DNA from: an uncultured Verrucomicrobiae bacterium
Lineage (GTDB): Bacteria; Verrucomicrobiota; Verrucomicrobiia; Limisphaerales; Palsa-1400
Direction: 5' to 3'
Assembly: GCA_963764165.1 (NCBI GenBank)
Contig: CAVXRD010000004.1
Span: 96,001-160,000, forward strand
DNA: 64,000 bases
In this document: one piece after another, positions 28,025-37,431 of the stretch
Position numbering within the stretch: the first letter of the stretch is position 1
Layout of the letters: every line of letters begins with the position of its first letter
Position numbers and translations under genes: made by a program
Notes under the pieces: generated by a model
The model's input: the letters and a program-made list of their open reading frames with translations, nothing else
Database searches by the model: none
Told to the model about the DNA's origin: nothing

Positions 28025-31000
28025 ATGAGCCTTCGTCGAGATAGCATGGCTCTATGGGCAATCGCGCTTTTGAGTGGCACCGTGCTCGCCTGTTCGAGCG
28101 CGCTTGCCGAACCGCTTCAATTTAATCGCGACATCCGCCCGATCCTTTCGGACCGTTGCTTCATGTGCCACGGCCCCGACAAAGCGGCCCGCAAAGGCGG
28201 CTTGCGCCTCGATACTTTTGAAGGCGCGACCGCAGAGCGCCCGAAGACGCACGAAAAAGCAGTTGTTCCCGGCCATCCCGAAACGAGCGTGCTCATAAAA
28301 AGGATTTTCGCGTCCGACCCGGCCGATGTCATGCCGCCGACGGATTCGAATTTGAAACTCAGCGACAACGAGAAAGAGCGCTTGCGGAAATGGATTTCAG
28401 ACGGTGCGGTTTACCAGCCGCATTGGGCGTTCGTTCCCCTGCCCGCCTCAGTACCCGAGCCGCCGGTTGTCAATAAGAAATGGCCGCGCAATGAAATTGA
28501 TTATTTCGTTCTGGCGCGCTTGGAAAAGGAACACATCGCGCCCTCGAAGGAGGCCGACAAACTGCGCTGGCTGCGGCGCGTCACCTACGATTTAACCGGT
28601 TTGCCGCCCTCGCCAGAGGCAGCGAAAGCCTTTCTCGCGGATAAGTCCGAGATGTCACGCGAACACGTCGTGGATCGCTTGCTTGCTTCACCACATTTCG
28701 GCCAGCGCATGGCGGTCACGTGGCTCGACTCGGCACGTTACGCCGACAGTTACGGCTATCAAAGCGACCAGCTTTGCCCGACGTGGCCGTATCGCGATTG
28801 GGTGGTGAGCGCCTTCAATCGCAATCTTCGCTACGACCAATTTATCATGGACCAATTGGCGGGCGATCTTATTCCAGACGCTGACGATTCAACCAGGCTC
28901 GCCACTGCGTTCAACCGGCTGCACCGCCAGACCAACGAGGGCGGCAGCATCGAGGAGGAATGGCGCACGGAATATGTGTCCGACCGCATTCACACCTTTG
29001 CCACCGTGTTTCTAGGCTTGACGTTCGAATGCACGCGCTGCCATGACCACAAATACGACCCGCTCACGCAAAAGGATTATTACAGCCTGGGCGCGTTTTT
29101 TAATAGTATTGACGAATACGGCCTTTACAACGACACCGCGCATGTCCCAACACCGTCGCTGCTCCTTCCATCACCGGAGCAAAAGAAAGCGATGGCAGCT
29201 TCCGATGCCGCTGTGAAGGATGCTCAAGCTGCCTTGCTCCGCGCCTCGCAGGATCCCACTTCCGCTTTCCCGGACTGGCTCGCGCACAGCAATCACACGG
29301 CGGAGATTCCGGGAATGACGGCCTGGTTCCCGCTGGACAAATTGACGGAAAGCAACGTGTTTGTGAATGCATTGAATGCTTCCAACCTCAGCGGCGCTAT
29401 TGGCGGCAATTCGCTTGTCGAAGGGCACGATGGCAAAGCTGTCCGATTCACGGGCGACGATGAGCTTTCAATTCCGGGAGCCGACCTCACATTCGCTGCT
29501 TGGAATCAGTTTACGGCGGCCTTTTGGCTGCACGTGCCCGCCAGCACAACCAACGGCATCATTTGTCATCGTGAACATGGGACAGATGTTGGCTTCTCCG
29601 GGGTGGAATTATCGTTGACGGATCGGCGGCTGAAATTTGTTCTGAAACGCTTCTGGCCAGGCAACGCCCTCGCGATCGAGTCCACCGAATCCGTCCCCTC
29701 CAACCAATGGGTTCACATCGCCATAAGCTACGACGGCTCCATCAAGGCGAGCGGCATGAAACTCTTCATCAACGGCCACGAAACGAAAAACGAAATCCTT
29801 CGCGATCGACTTTATAAAAGCCCGGGGAGTGGCGAGGGCGGCCTTTCGTTTGGCGCGCTTTTCCGCGCGACCGGTTTGAAAGACGGCTCTCTGGATGACG
29901 TTCGTTTTTTCAATCGACCGCTCGCAGCTATCGAAGTGCAGCAACTTTGCGACGGTCACGCCTTGAAGGACGCGCTCGCAAATGCTGACGCCACAACGTT
30001 GCGCCCGTATTATGAGGCTGCCATTTCGTCTGCAATGGCCTCGGCGCGCTCGAATCTTTGCGCCGCCGCACGGCAATATTTCGACGCCCGCAATCCTGTG
30101 GAAGAAGTCAGCGTCATGGAAGAAACGCCGAAACCGCGCCCCACTTACATCCTTGCCCGCGGCCGATACGACGCGCCGAAAACCGAGGATCGCCGCGTGA
30201 GTCGAGCGACGCCTGCGGTCTTGCCCAAATTCCCGTCCTCTGCGCCACAGGATCGATTGGGACTGGCGGAGTGGCTTGTCGAGCCAAACCATCCACTCAC
30301 CGCTCGTGTGGCGGTGAACCGGTTTTGGCAAATGCTTTTTGGGCGCGGTCTCGTCGCAACGTCGGAAAACTTCGGCGTGCAGGGAATGCCGCCGTCCCAT
30401 CCTGAATTGCTCGATTGGCTCGCGCGCGACTTTGTGAATTCCGGCTGGGACACAAAGGCGCTGTTGAAAAAAATCGTTCTCAGCGCGACCTATTCCCAGG
30501 ATTCCCGCCTGCGCGAAGACCTTCGCGACCGCGACCGAGAAAATATCCTGCTTGCCCGCGGCCCGTCGCAGCGCCTGCCCGCCGAGATGATCCGCGACAC
30601 GGCGCTTTATGCGAGCGGCCTGATGAACGACGAAATGGGCGGGCCGCCCGCCAGCCCGTACATGCCGGGCGATTTATGGCAGGAGAGCAACGCCATGAGC
30701 CCGGCCTACCATCAAGCCACGAATTCCGCCCTTTATCGCCGCAGCCTTTACACCGTTTGGAAACGCACCGCGCCAATGCCCGACATGACCGAGTTCGACG
30801 CCCCTTCACGCGAGGTCTGCACTGTCAAGCGAAGCGCAACTTCGACGCCGCAGCAAGCGTTCGTTTTGTTGAACGATGTGCAATTCGTCGAAGCCACTCG
30901 CGTGCTGGCCGAACTTGCGATCAAGCAAGGCGGCTTGAAGCTCGCGGACCAGATTCAATTTGCCTTCTGGCGGCTCACGGCGCGTCCTCCCGATTCGCAG

Positions 31001-31192
31001 GAGCTTTCGCTGTTGCACGACTTGCAAATCGAGCAGAAAAAGCTTTTCGCTGAACAGCCGGAACGCGCTGCCCAATTGATTTCCGTCGGCGAGAAGAAAC
31101 CGGACGCAACAATTGATAAAACCAATCTGGCCGCGATGGCCGTCGTCTGCCAGACCATCATGAACCTCGACGCCACCGTATGGAAAAGATGA
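28025..31192 (+). CDS. Planctomycete cytochrome c / DUF1549 / LamG-like / DUF1553 protein
   Basis: FNRDIRPILSDRCFMCHGPD, WLDSARYADSYG, CTRCHDHKYDP, LamG-like WVHIAISYDG, RRSLYT. Confidence 0.9.
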   Translation: MSLRRDSMALWAIALLSGTVLACSSALAEPLQFNRDIRPILSDRCFMCHGPDKAARKGGLRLDTFEGATAERPKTHEKAVVPGHPETSVLIKRIFASDPADVMPPTDSNLKLSDNEKERLRKWISDGAVYQPHWAFVPLPASVPEPPVVNKKWPRNEIDYFVLARLEKEHIAPSKEADKLRWLRRVTYDLTGLPPSPEAAKAFLADKSEMSREHVVDRLLASPHFGQRMAVTWLDSARYADSYGYQSDQLCPTWPYRDWVVSAFNRNLRYDQFIMDQLAGDLIPDADDSTRLATAFNRLHRQTNEGGSIEEEWRTEYVSDRIHTFATVFLGLTFECTRCHDHKYDPLTQKDYYSLGAFFNSIDEYGLYNDTAHVPTPSLLLPSPEQKKAMAASDAAVKDAQAALLRASQDPTSAFPDWLAHSNHTAEIPGMTAWFPLDKLTESNVFVNALNASNLSGAIGGNSLVEGHDGKAVRFTGDDELSIPGADLTFAAWNQFTAAFWLHVPASTTNGIICHREHGTDVGFSGVELSLTDRRLKFVLKRFWPGNALAIESTESVPSNQWVHIAISYDGSIKASGMKLFINGHETKNEILRDRLYKSPGSGEGGLSFGALFRATGLKDGSLDDVRFFNRPLAAIEVQQLCDGHALKDALANADATTLRPYYEAAISSAMASARSNLCAAARQYFDARNPVEEVSVMEETPKPRPTYILARGRYDAPKTEDRRVSRATPAVLPKFPSSAPQDRLGLAEWLVEPNHPLTARVAVNRFWQMLFGRGLVATSENFGVQGMPPSHPELLDWLARDFVNSGWDTKALLKKIVLSATYSQDSRLREDLRDRDRENILLARGPSQRLPAEMIRDTALYASGLMNDEMGGPPASPYMPGDLWQESNAMSPAYHQATNSALYRRSLYTVWKRTAPMPDMTEFDAPSREVCTVKRSATSTPQQAFVLLNDVQFVEATRVLAELAIKQGGLKLADQIQFAFWRLTARPPDSQELSLLHDLQIEQKKLFAEQPERAAQLISVGEKKPDATIDKTNLAAMAVVCQTIMNLDATVWKR

Positions 31193-31215
31193 GAGTCTCG
31201 CGTCAGCCTGATTTA

Positions 31216-31296
31216 GGTAGGGACGCCTCGCCGAGGCGTCCGGGTCGCGGCGTAATTCGTGCCTCCAACCGGATGCCTCGGCGAGGCGTCCCTACC
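31216..31296. repeat. REPIN between the DUF1553 and DUF1501 genes
   Basis: REP at 31216-31241 and inverted copy at 31271-31296. Confidence 0.85.
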
Positions 31297-31306
31297 TCCT
31301 GAAAAC

Positions 31307-32800
31307 ATGAATAGCGCTGCAACAAAATCAGTCATCGAGCCGCTGGCCATCACGCGGCGGCATTTCTTTTCCAAGACCGCGCGCGGACTTGGCGCGATTG
31401 CGCTGGGAAGCATGCTGCCGCGATTCGCCTCCGCGCGGGCACCGGGCGGTTTGCCAAGTTTTCCAAATTTCGCCCCGAAGGCAAAACGTGTCATTTACCT
31501 TTTTCAATCCGGCGCACCGTCGCAAATCGATTTGTTCGACCATAAACCACTTCTCAGGAAATTGAATGGCGAACAGCTTCCCGACAGCGTGCGCGGAACT
31601 CAGCGGTTGACGGGGATGTCTTCTCAGCAAGCGTCTATTCCGCTGGCGGGTTCCATCTTCTCATTCCAACAGTACGGCCAGAGCGGCGCGTGGTTCAGCG
31701 ATCTGCTGCCGCACACGGCCAAAATCGCCGATGATTTGTGCATCGTGCGTTCGATGTATACCGAAGCCATCAATCACGATCCGGCCATCACTTTTTTCCA
31801 GACCGGCTCGCAAATCGCGGGGCGTCCGTCGATGGGTTCGTGGGTTCATTATGGATTAGGCAGCGTCAATCAGAATCTCCCCGCCTTCGTCGTGCTGGTG
31901 ACGCCGCACAAATACGATCAGCCGCTTTACGCGCGGTTGTGGGGCAGCGGATTTTTGGATGCCCGCTATCAGGGAATTCAATTTCGCTCGGGCAAGGAGC
32001 CGATTCTTTACATGGCTGATCCAGATGGACCGTGCGGCAGCGGTCGCCGCGCTCTGCTTGACAAGCTCAATGCGCTCAACCGCCATCAGTTCGAGAAGGA
32101 ACTCGACCCGGAAATTGAATCGCGCATCGCCCAATACGAGCTTGCCTATCGGATGCAAACGAGCGTTCCGGATGTGACGGATATGTCCAAAGAGCCGGAG
32201 AGCACGTTCGAGCTTTACGGCCCCGACAGCCGCAAGCCGGGAACGTTCGCCGCGAATTGCCTGCTCGCACGGCGGCTGGCCGAACGGGATGTTCGCTTCA
32301 TCCAACTTTATCATCAAGGCTGGGATCAACACGGCGATTTGCCTGCCGGCATTAGAGGCCAGACGCGCGAAACCGATCAGGCGAGCGCAGCGTTGGTCAC
32401 CGATTTGAAGCAGCGTGGGATGTTGGAGGACACGCTGGTGATTTGGGGCGGCGAATTCGGGCGGACATGCTATTCGCAGGGAAAACTAACCGCCGACAAT
32501 TACGGGCGCGACCACCACCCGCGATGCTTTACGATTTGGATGGCAGGCGGCGGCGTGAAGCGCGGGATTACTTATGGCCGCACCGATGATTATTCCTACA
32601 ACATCGTCGATGCCGACGGCCAAGTTATGAACCCGGACAAAAGCCAGTTCAATCCCGGCGCGGTTCACGTCCACGATTTGCAGGCGACGATTCTTCACTT
32701 GCTCGGCGTCGATCACGAGCAATTATCGTACACATACCAAGGTCGGCGCTTTCGTTTGACAGACGTGCATGGATTCGTCGCGAAAGATTTGCTGGCGTAG
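31307..32800 (+). CDS. DUF1501 domain protein (Tat-exported, sulfatase-like)
   Basis: TRRHFF Tat motif, [37 protein letters not shown]. Confidence 0.9.
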   Translation: MNSAATKSVIEPLAITRRHFFSKTARGLGAIALGSMLPRFASARAPGGLPSFPNFAPKAKRVIYLFQSGAPSQIDLFDHKPLLRKLNGEQLPDSVRGTQRLTGMSSQQASIPLAGSIFSFQQYGQSGAWFSDLLPHTAKIADDLCIVRSMYTEAINHDPAITFFQTGSQIAGRPSMGSWVHYGLGSVNQNLPAFVVLVTPHKYDQPLYARLWGSGFLDARYQGIQFRSGKEPILYMADPDGPCGSGRRALLDKLNALNRHQFEKELDPEIESRIAQYELAYRMQTSVPDVTDMSKEPESTFELYGPDSRKPGTFAANCLLARRLAERDVRFIQLYHQGWDQHGDLPAGIRGQTRETDQASAALVTDLKQRGMLEDTLVIWGGEFGRTCYSQGKLTADNYGRDHHPRCFTIWMAGGGVKRGITYGRTDDYSYNIVDADGQVMNPDKSQFNPGAVHVHDLQATILHLLGVDHEQLSYTYQGRRFRLTDVHGFVAKDLLA

Positions 32801-32814
32801 GCCGGGTGAAATGG

Positions 32815-32889
32815 TGGTGGGCGATGAGGGATTCGAACCCCCGACCAACAGCGTGTAAAGCTGCTGCGCTACCGCTGCGCTAATCGCCC
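32815..32889 (-). tRNA. tRNA-Val(TAC)
   Basis: GGGCGATTAGCGCAGCGGTAGCGC...TTTACAC...GGTTCGAATCC...CGCCCACCA; cloverleaf with encoded CCA. Confidence 0.96.
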
Positions 32890-32949
32890 GCAGTCGGCTT
32901 AACATAAGCCGGGCTCGCTCAACGTGACGAGTTAATTTTCAGCTTCTTG

Positions 32950-33049
32950 AGGGACGCCTCGCCGAGGCGTCCGGGGTGAGGCTTTCTATAATCTGGCCCC
33001 TCTAAATCTGGATGCTCCAGCCTGGACGCCTCGGCGAGGCGTCCCTACC
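32950..33049. repeat. REPIN (same REP family)
   Basis: REP at 32950-32972 and inverted copy at 33024-33049. Confidence 0.85.
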
Positions 33050-33072
33050 TCGCTTCGCGACTATTCTAAATC

Positions 33073-33537
33073 CTAGATTTCTCCGCCGAACCCCTGCTGC
33101 CGCAGCGCTTCATACAATACCAACGCCGCGCAGTTCGACAAATTCAACGACCGCACCGACTCGTGAAACATGGGAATTCGCAGCCAAGATTCCGAATACT
33201 GCGCAATGATTGCCTGCGGCAAACCCGCTGTCTCGCGACCAAAAACGATGTAATCATCAGGGCCAAATTTTGCCTCTGAATAGGAGATCGGCCCTTTCGA
33301 TTCAACAATCCACAAGCGCGCGCTGGCCGGAATCCGCGCTTGAAACGCCGCCCAATTCGCCCAGCGGTGCCATGAGAGATGCTGCCAGTAATCCAACCCG
33401 GCGCGTTTAAGCTGGTTGTCGTCCAACTTGAATCCGAGCGGCTCGATCAAGTGCAGGGTCGTCCTCGTGGCGGCGCACAAACGCGCGACATTGCCAGTGT
33501 TTGGCGGAATTTCGGGTTCGACCAGAACAACATTCAT
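33073..33537 (-). CDS. trmL: tRNA (cytidine(34)-2'-O)-methyltransferase
   Basis: PEIPPNTGN, RAGLDYW, FGRETAGLP, RSLNLSN. Confidence 0.92.
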   Translation of the reverse strand: MNVVLVEPEIPPNTGNVARLCAATRTTLHLIEPLGFKLDDNQLKRAGLDYWQHLSWHRWANWAAFQARIPASARLWIVESKGPISYSEAKFGPDDYIVFGRETAGLPQAIIAQYSESWLRIPMFHESVRSLNLSNCAALVLYEALRQQGFGGEI

Positions 33538-33538
33538 G

Positions 33539-34282
33539 TCAATAAAACACCTTCCACAGCACAAGGCCGTGTGCGGGCGCGGTCATGCCTGCGGCGCAGC
33601 GATTTTTCTTTTCGAGTATTTCTTTGATCGCTTCCGGCGGGATCTTCCCCTCCCCGACTTGCACCAGCGTCCCCGCGATGCCACGGCACATTTTGTAGAG
33701 AAATCCGTCGCCTTCGATAATGAAGGTCAAAAGCGCGCCAGTCCGACGAAGGTCGCAGCGCGTGAGCGTGCGGGTGGTTGAATCCATCTCGTAATCCCTC
33801 GTGCCAGCCAGTGATTTGAAGTCGTGGCGACCCAGAAAGAATTTTGCCGCGCGACGCATGGCCGCCACGTCGAGCTTGTGGCAGACGTGCCAGGCGGTAT
33901 GCCGCAAGAGCGGATTCATGGCCGGGCCGTTCCAGACAAAATATCGATACTGTTTTCCTTTAGCGTTGAAACGGGAATCGAATTTCGCATCGCACTTCTC
34001 GACGCTCATCACGCGAATGTCCTCCGGCAGATGAGCATTGATAGCGAGGCCGACTTTCCAAATCGGCATTTTGAATTCGGCATCTGGTATTTCCAAATCA
34101 GCCACCATGCCAATCGCATGAACACCAGTGTCCGTGCGGCTGGAGCTTTTCAACCGCCCCGCGCCCGGAAAAATTTTGGCGATGGCCTCTTCCATTCGCT
34201 GCTGGACGCCGAGGCCGATTTTTTGCACCTGCCAGCCCGAGTAGGCCGCGCCGTCGTAGGCGATGGTGAATTTGAGTTTCAC
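33539..34282 (-). CDS. truA: tRNA pseudouridine(38-40) synthase
   Basis: IAYDGAAYSGWQ, SRTDTGVHA, GFLYKMCR, TAPAHGL. GTG start. Confidence 0.92.
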   Translation of the reverse strand: MKLKFTIAYDGAAYSGWQVQKIGLGVQQRMEEAIAKIFPGAGRLKSSSRTDTGVHAIGMVADLEIPDAEFKMPIWKVGLAINAHLPEDIRVMSVEKCDAKFDSRFNAKGKQYRYFVWNGPAMNPLLRHTAWHVCHKLDVAAMRRAAKFFLGRHDFKSLAGTRDYEMDSTTRTLTRCDLRRTGALLTFIIEGDGFLYKMCRGIAGTLVQVGEGKIPPEAIKEILEKKNRCAAGMTAPAHGLVLWKVFY

Positions 34283-34689
34283 CGCGCCCGATCCAAATAA
34301 CTTTGCAGCAAGATCGCCGCCGCCGTCTGGTCGACGCGCTCCTTGCGTTTGTCGCGGCGCATCCCCGTTTCGATCAGCGCGCGATGCGCTGCCACGGTCG
34401 TGAGGCGTTCGTCCCAAGTCCGAATCGGAACGGCGACAAAGGCCTTCAGCGATGCCACCCACTCGCGCGTTTTCTCCGCGGCGGGGCCGTAGGTGCCATT
34501 CATATTGCGCGGAATGCCAACAATAATTTCGACAATCTGCTTTTCCGCAATCACCGCTTGAAGCTGTTCGAGCAATTTCGCCGCTGGTTCCGCTGAAAGA
34601 AATTGCAACGGCTGCGCGATGGTCTGCGTTTCATCGCTGACTGCAAGACCGACGCGCTTCGTTCCGTAATCAATGGCAAGAACTCTCAT
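34279..34689 (-). CDS. ruvX: Holliday junction resolvase-like / pre-16S rRNA nuclease YqgF
   Basis: LAIDYGTKRVGLAVSD, WDERLTT, DQTAAAILLQSYLD. Confidence 0.92.
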   Translation of the reverse strand: MRVLAIDYGTKRVGLAVSDETQTIAQPLQFLSAEPAAKLLEQLQAVIAEKQIVEIIVGIPRNMNGTYGPAAEKTREWVASLKAFVAVPIRTWDERLTTVAAHRALIETGMRRDKRKERVDQTAAAILLQSYLDRAR

Positions 34690-34700
34690 GTGAAATCAAT

Positions 34701-35522
34701 TTAGGCGCTCCACGCCACCAGGCTGATCTTGTGTTTTCTCGCCAGCTTCTCCGCCCCCTCGCGCTCTACTAGCAGCGTCTTTTCCGCCTCAAAGGCGAGA
34801 ACAGAAATGCGCGCGGCATGGCAAGTCTCCACCGTTCGCGCGCCGACCGTGGGAATATCAAAACGAAGATCATGTTTTTCCTTGGCCACCTTCACGGCGA
34901 CCGCTCCTTTGCCTTGGCCCAACTCGCCACCCCGCCGCAAACATGCGTCGGTTCCCTCGAATCCTTCCACGGCCAGCACCGTCCCCTCCTTCACAACGAC
35001 GGTCTGGCCTATCTCCAAACGGGAAACTTCCTTGGCGATTCGAAAACCGTAGGCGACATCCTCCCGCTGCTCCGCGCTTAACGCAGGGCCGAGCGTGAAT
35101 CCCGCGCCTGGCATCATTTTTCGCAGCCACGGAATTGGCTCGATCAGTTCGATTCCGTCTTTTTTTAATTCGTTGGCGATCCCGCCGAAGATGGAATGCG
35201 CGTTGCGCTCCTTCAATTTCATCAGCAAACCCAGAGCGCGCATATCGGGCCGAACGTCAAATAAATTCCTGGGCGCGATTTGTCCGAGCATGACGCATTT
35301 CGTCACGCCGCGTTCCTGGAAGGCGGAAATCATTTTGGACAATTGGCCGACTTTCACCCAGACGATTTCATCCACCTTTTGCGCCAGCGCCGGGTCCGTT
35401 TCGTTATCGAACGCGACCGCAACGATGCGCTTCATTCCCTGCGCGCGAGCCTCCTCGGCGAAAGCCAGCGGCAGCGAGCGATTGCCAGCGATGATGCCTA
35501 TCGTGTCCAACGGTTTAAACAC
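34701..35522 (-). CDS. lpxI: UDP-2,3-diacylglucosamine diphosphatase
   Basis: IIAGNRSLP, IGQTVVV, AVEGFEGTD, DLRFDIPTVG. Confidence 0.88.
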   Translation of the reverse strand: MFKPLDTIGIIAGNRSLPLAFAEEARAQGMKRIVAVAFDNETDPALAQKVDEIVWVKVGQLSKMISAFQERGVTKCVMLGQIAPRNLFDVRPDMRALGLLMKLKERNAHSIFGGIANELKKDGIELIEPIPWLRKMMPGAGFTLGPALSAEQREDVAYGFRIAKEVSRLEIGQTVVVKEGTVLAVEGFEGTDACLRRGGELGQGKGAVAVKVAKEKHDLRFDIPTVGARTVETCHAARISVLAFEAEKTLLVEREGAEKLARKHKISLVAWSA

Positions 35523-35608
35523 ACTGCCACGTTAGCGACGGCGTCCAGCGCGGGCAATCATTTCAATTTTCAGTTCCAGACCCTCGCTATTCGATGTAAG
35601 CTGTTTGA

Positions 35609-36637
35609 GTGAAAGCTCTCACTCTCAAAGAGTATGGCCGGTTCGCATTGGAAGATGCGCCCGAGCCGGCGCTGCGGCCCGATTCCGTCATGATTTCCGT
35701 TAAAGCGTGCGGCATCTGCGGCAGCGATGTGCATGGCATGGACGGCAGCACAGGCCGCCGCCAACCACCAATTATCATGGGCCACGAAGCGGCCGGCGTG
35801 ATCGTGCGGGCGGGCGACGAAGTTTCCGATTGGGAACCCGGCGCGCGCGTGACATTCGATTCCACCATCTATTGTGGCGAGTGCGAATACTGTCGCGAAG
35901 GCCGCATCAATTTGTGCGACAATCGCCGCGTGCTCGGCGTTTCTTGCGGTGAATATCGGCAAAACGGCGCGTTTGCGGAATTGGTGGCGGTGCCGCAGCG
36001 CGTGCTTTATCGGCTGCCTGACGAAATGCCTTTTGAGCACGCCGCAATGACGGAGCCGCTTTCGATTGCATTCCATGCCATCCGCCGCGCCACGGTCAAG
36101 CCGGGCGACCGCGCGGTGGTGATTGGCGCGGGGCTTATTGGCCTGCTGCTGGTGCAATCATTGCGCCGCGCTGGCTGCCGCCAAATACTCGCGGTGGATG
36201 TAGCGCCAGAAAAACTGGCGATGGCCCGGGATTTTGGCGCAACGGCCACAGTTGCTTCCGGTCCAAAAGCATTAAGAGAAATTACGGATTGGACCGAAGG
36301 CCGTGGCGCGGATTCGATTTTTGAAGCTGTCGGAATTGCGCCCACAGTTGACCTCGCCGTGCGAGCTGCGCGAAAAGGTGGCTCCGTCACGCTGGTTGGA
36401 AACGTCGCTCCGACGGTGGAATTTCCACTGCAAATTTGCGTCACGCGCGAATTAAATATTTACGGCTCCTGCGCTTCCGCGGGTGAATATCCGGATTGCA
36501 TCAAGGCGCTGGCCAGCGGCGAAATCGACGCTGCGCCTCTCTTGAGCGCCATTGCGCCGCTGGCGGATGGTGCCGAATGGTTCGAGCGCCTTTACAAACG
36601 CGAACCGGGATTGTTCAAAGTGATCTTGCAACCATGA
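35609..36637 (+). CDS. Zinc-dependent sugar-alcohol dehydrogenase
   Basis: CGICGSD, GHEAAG, CGECEYC...C, GAGLIG. Confidence 0.88.
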   Translation: MKALTLKEYGRFALEDAPEPALRPDSVMISVKACGICGSDVHGMDGSTGRRQPPIIMGHEAAGVIVRAGDEVSDWEPGARVTFDSTIYCGECEYCREGRINLCDNRRVLGVSCGEYRQNGAFAELVAVPQRVLYRLPDEMPFEHAAMTEPLSIAFHAIRRATVKPGDRAVVIGAGLIGLLLVQSLRRAGCRQILAVDVAPEKLAMARDFGATATVASGPKALREITDWTEGRGADSIFEAVGIAPTVDLAVRAARKGGSVTLVGNVAPTVEFPLQICVTRELNIYGSCASAGEYPDCIKALASGEIDAAPLLSAIAPLADGAEWFERLYKREPGLFKVILQP

Positions 36638-37425
36638 ACGCCGCGAATTTCGATTTGACTGGAAAAGTTGCCATCGTTACCGGGACCAGCCGGGGGCTCG
36701 GGCAATATTTCGCGCGCGCCCTTGCGGCGGCCGGAGCCGATCTCGTATTGACAAGCCGCAAGGCCGAGTCGCTGCGTCCGTTTCAGGATGAAATCGAAGC
36801 GATGGGCCGCCGGGCGCTTTCGCTTTCTTTGGACGTGCGGGATTACAAAAGCATTCGCGCGATGGCCGAGCAAGCGGCAACGCATTTCGGCCGCATTGAC
36901 ATTCTTGTCAATAATGCGGGTTGCAACGTTCGCAAGCCCGCGCTTGAAGTCACGTGGGACGATTGGAATTTGATACTCGATACGAATTTGCGCGGCACAT
37001 TCTTCGTCTCGCAAGCCATCGCGCCACTCATGATCGCGCGGCGCAAGGGGCGCATCATCAACATTGGCTCGGTGACGGCGGTGGCGGGCTACGCCGGGCT
37101 GGGGCCGTATGGCGCGAGCCGCGGCGGTGTCAAACAATTGACGATGAGCCTGGCGGATGATTGGGGCGCGCATGGCATCACCGTCAATTGCCTTGCGCCG
37201 GGATGGTTCAAGACAGCGCAGAATGCCGTGATGTATGAGAACAAGGAATGGGTCGATTATTTGTGCGACCGCATTCCGTTGAAACGCCCGGGACAGCCAG
37301 CCGATCTCGATGGCGCGATTGTCTTTCTCGCGTCCGACGCCAGCGAGTACATTACCGGCCAAACGCTGCTCGTTGACGGCGGAATTTCCACTGGCGCAAC
37401 CCGCGCGCTTCCCGCAAAGAAATAG
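36634..37425 (+). CDS. SDR oxidoreductase (gluconate 5-dehydrogenase-like)
   Basis: TGTSRGLG, NNAG, YGASR (YxxxK with Arg), PLKRPGQP. Confidence 0.85.
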   Translation: MNAANFDLTGKVAIVTGTSRGLGQYFARALAAAGADLVLTSRKAESLRPFQDEIEAMGRRALSLSLDVRDYKSIRAMAEQAATHFGRIDILVNNAGCNVRKPALEVTWDDWNLILDTNLRGTFFVSQAIAPLMIARRKGRIINIGSVTAVAGYAGLGPYGASRGGVKQLTMSLADDWGAHGITVNCLAPGWFKTAQNAVMYENKEWVDYLCDRIPLKRPGQPADLDGAIVFLASDASEYITGQTLLVDGGISTGATRALPAKK

Positions 37426-37431
37426 CGCGCC

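Noticed and set aside
32815..32889. Integrated element at tRNA-Val
   Set aside because: I saw no integrase and no duplicated tRNA 3' end in the window.
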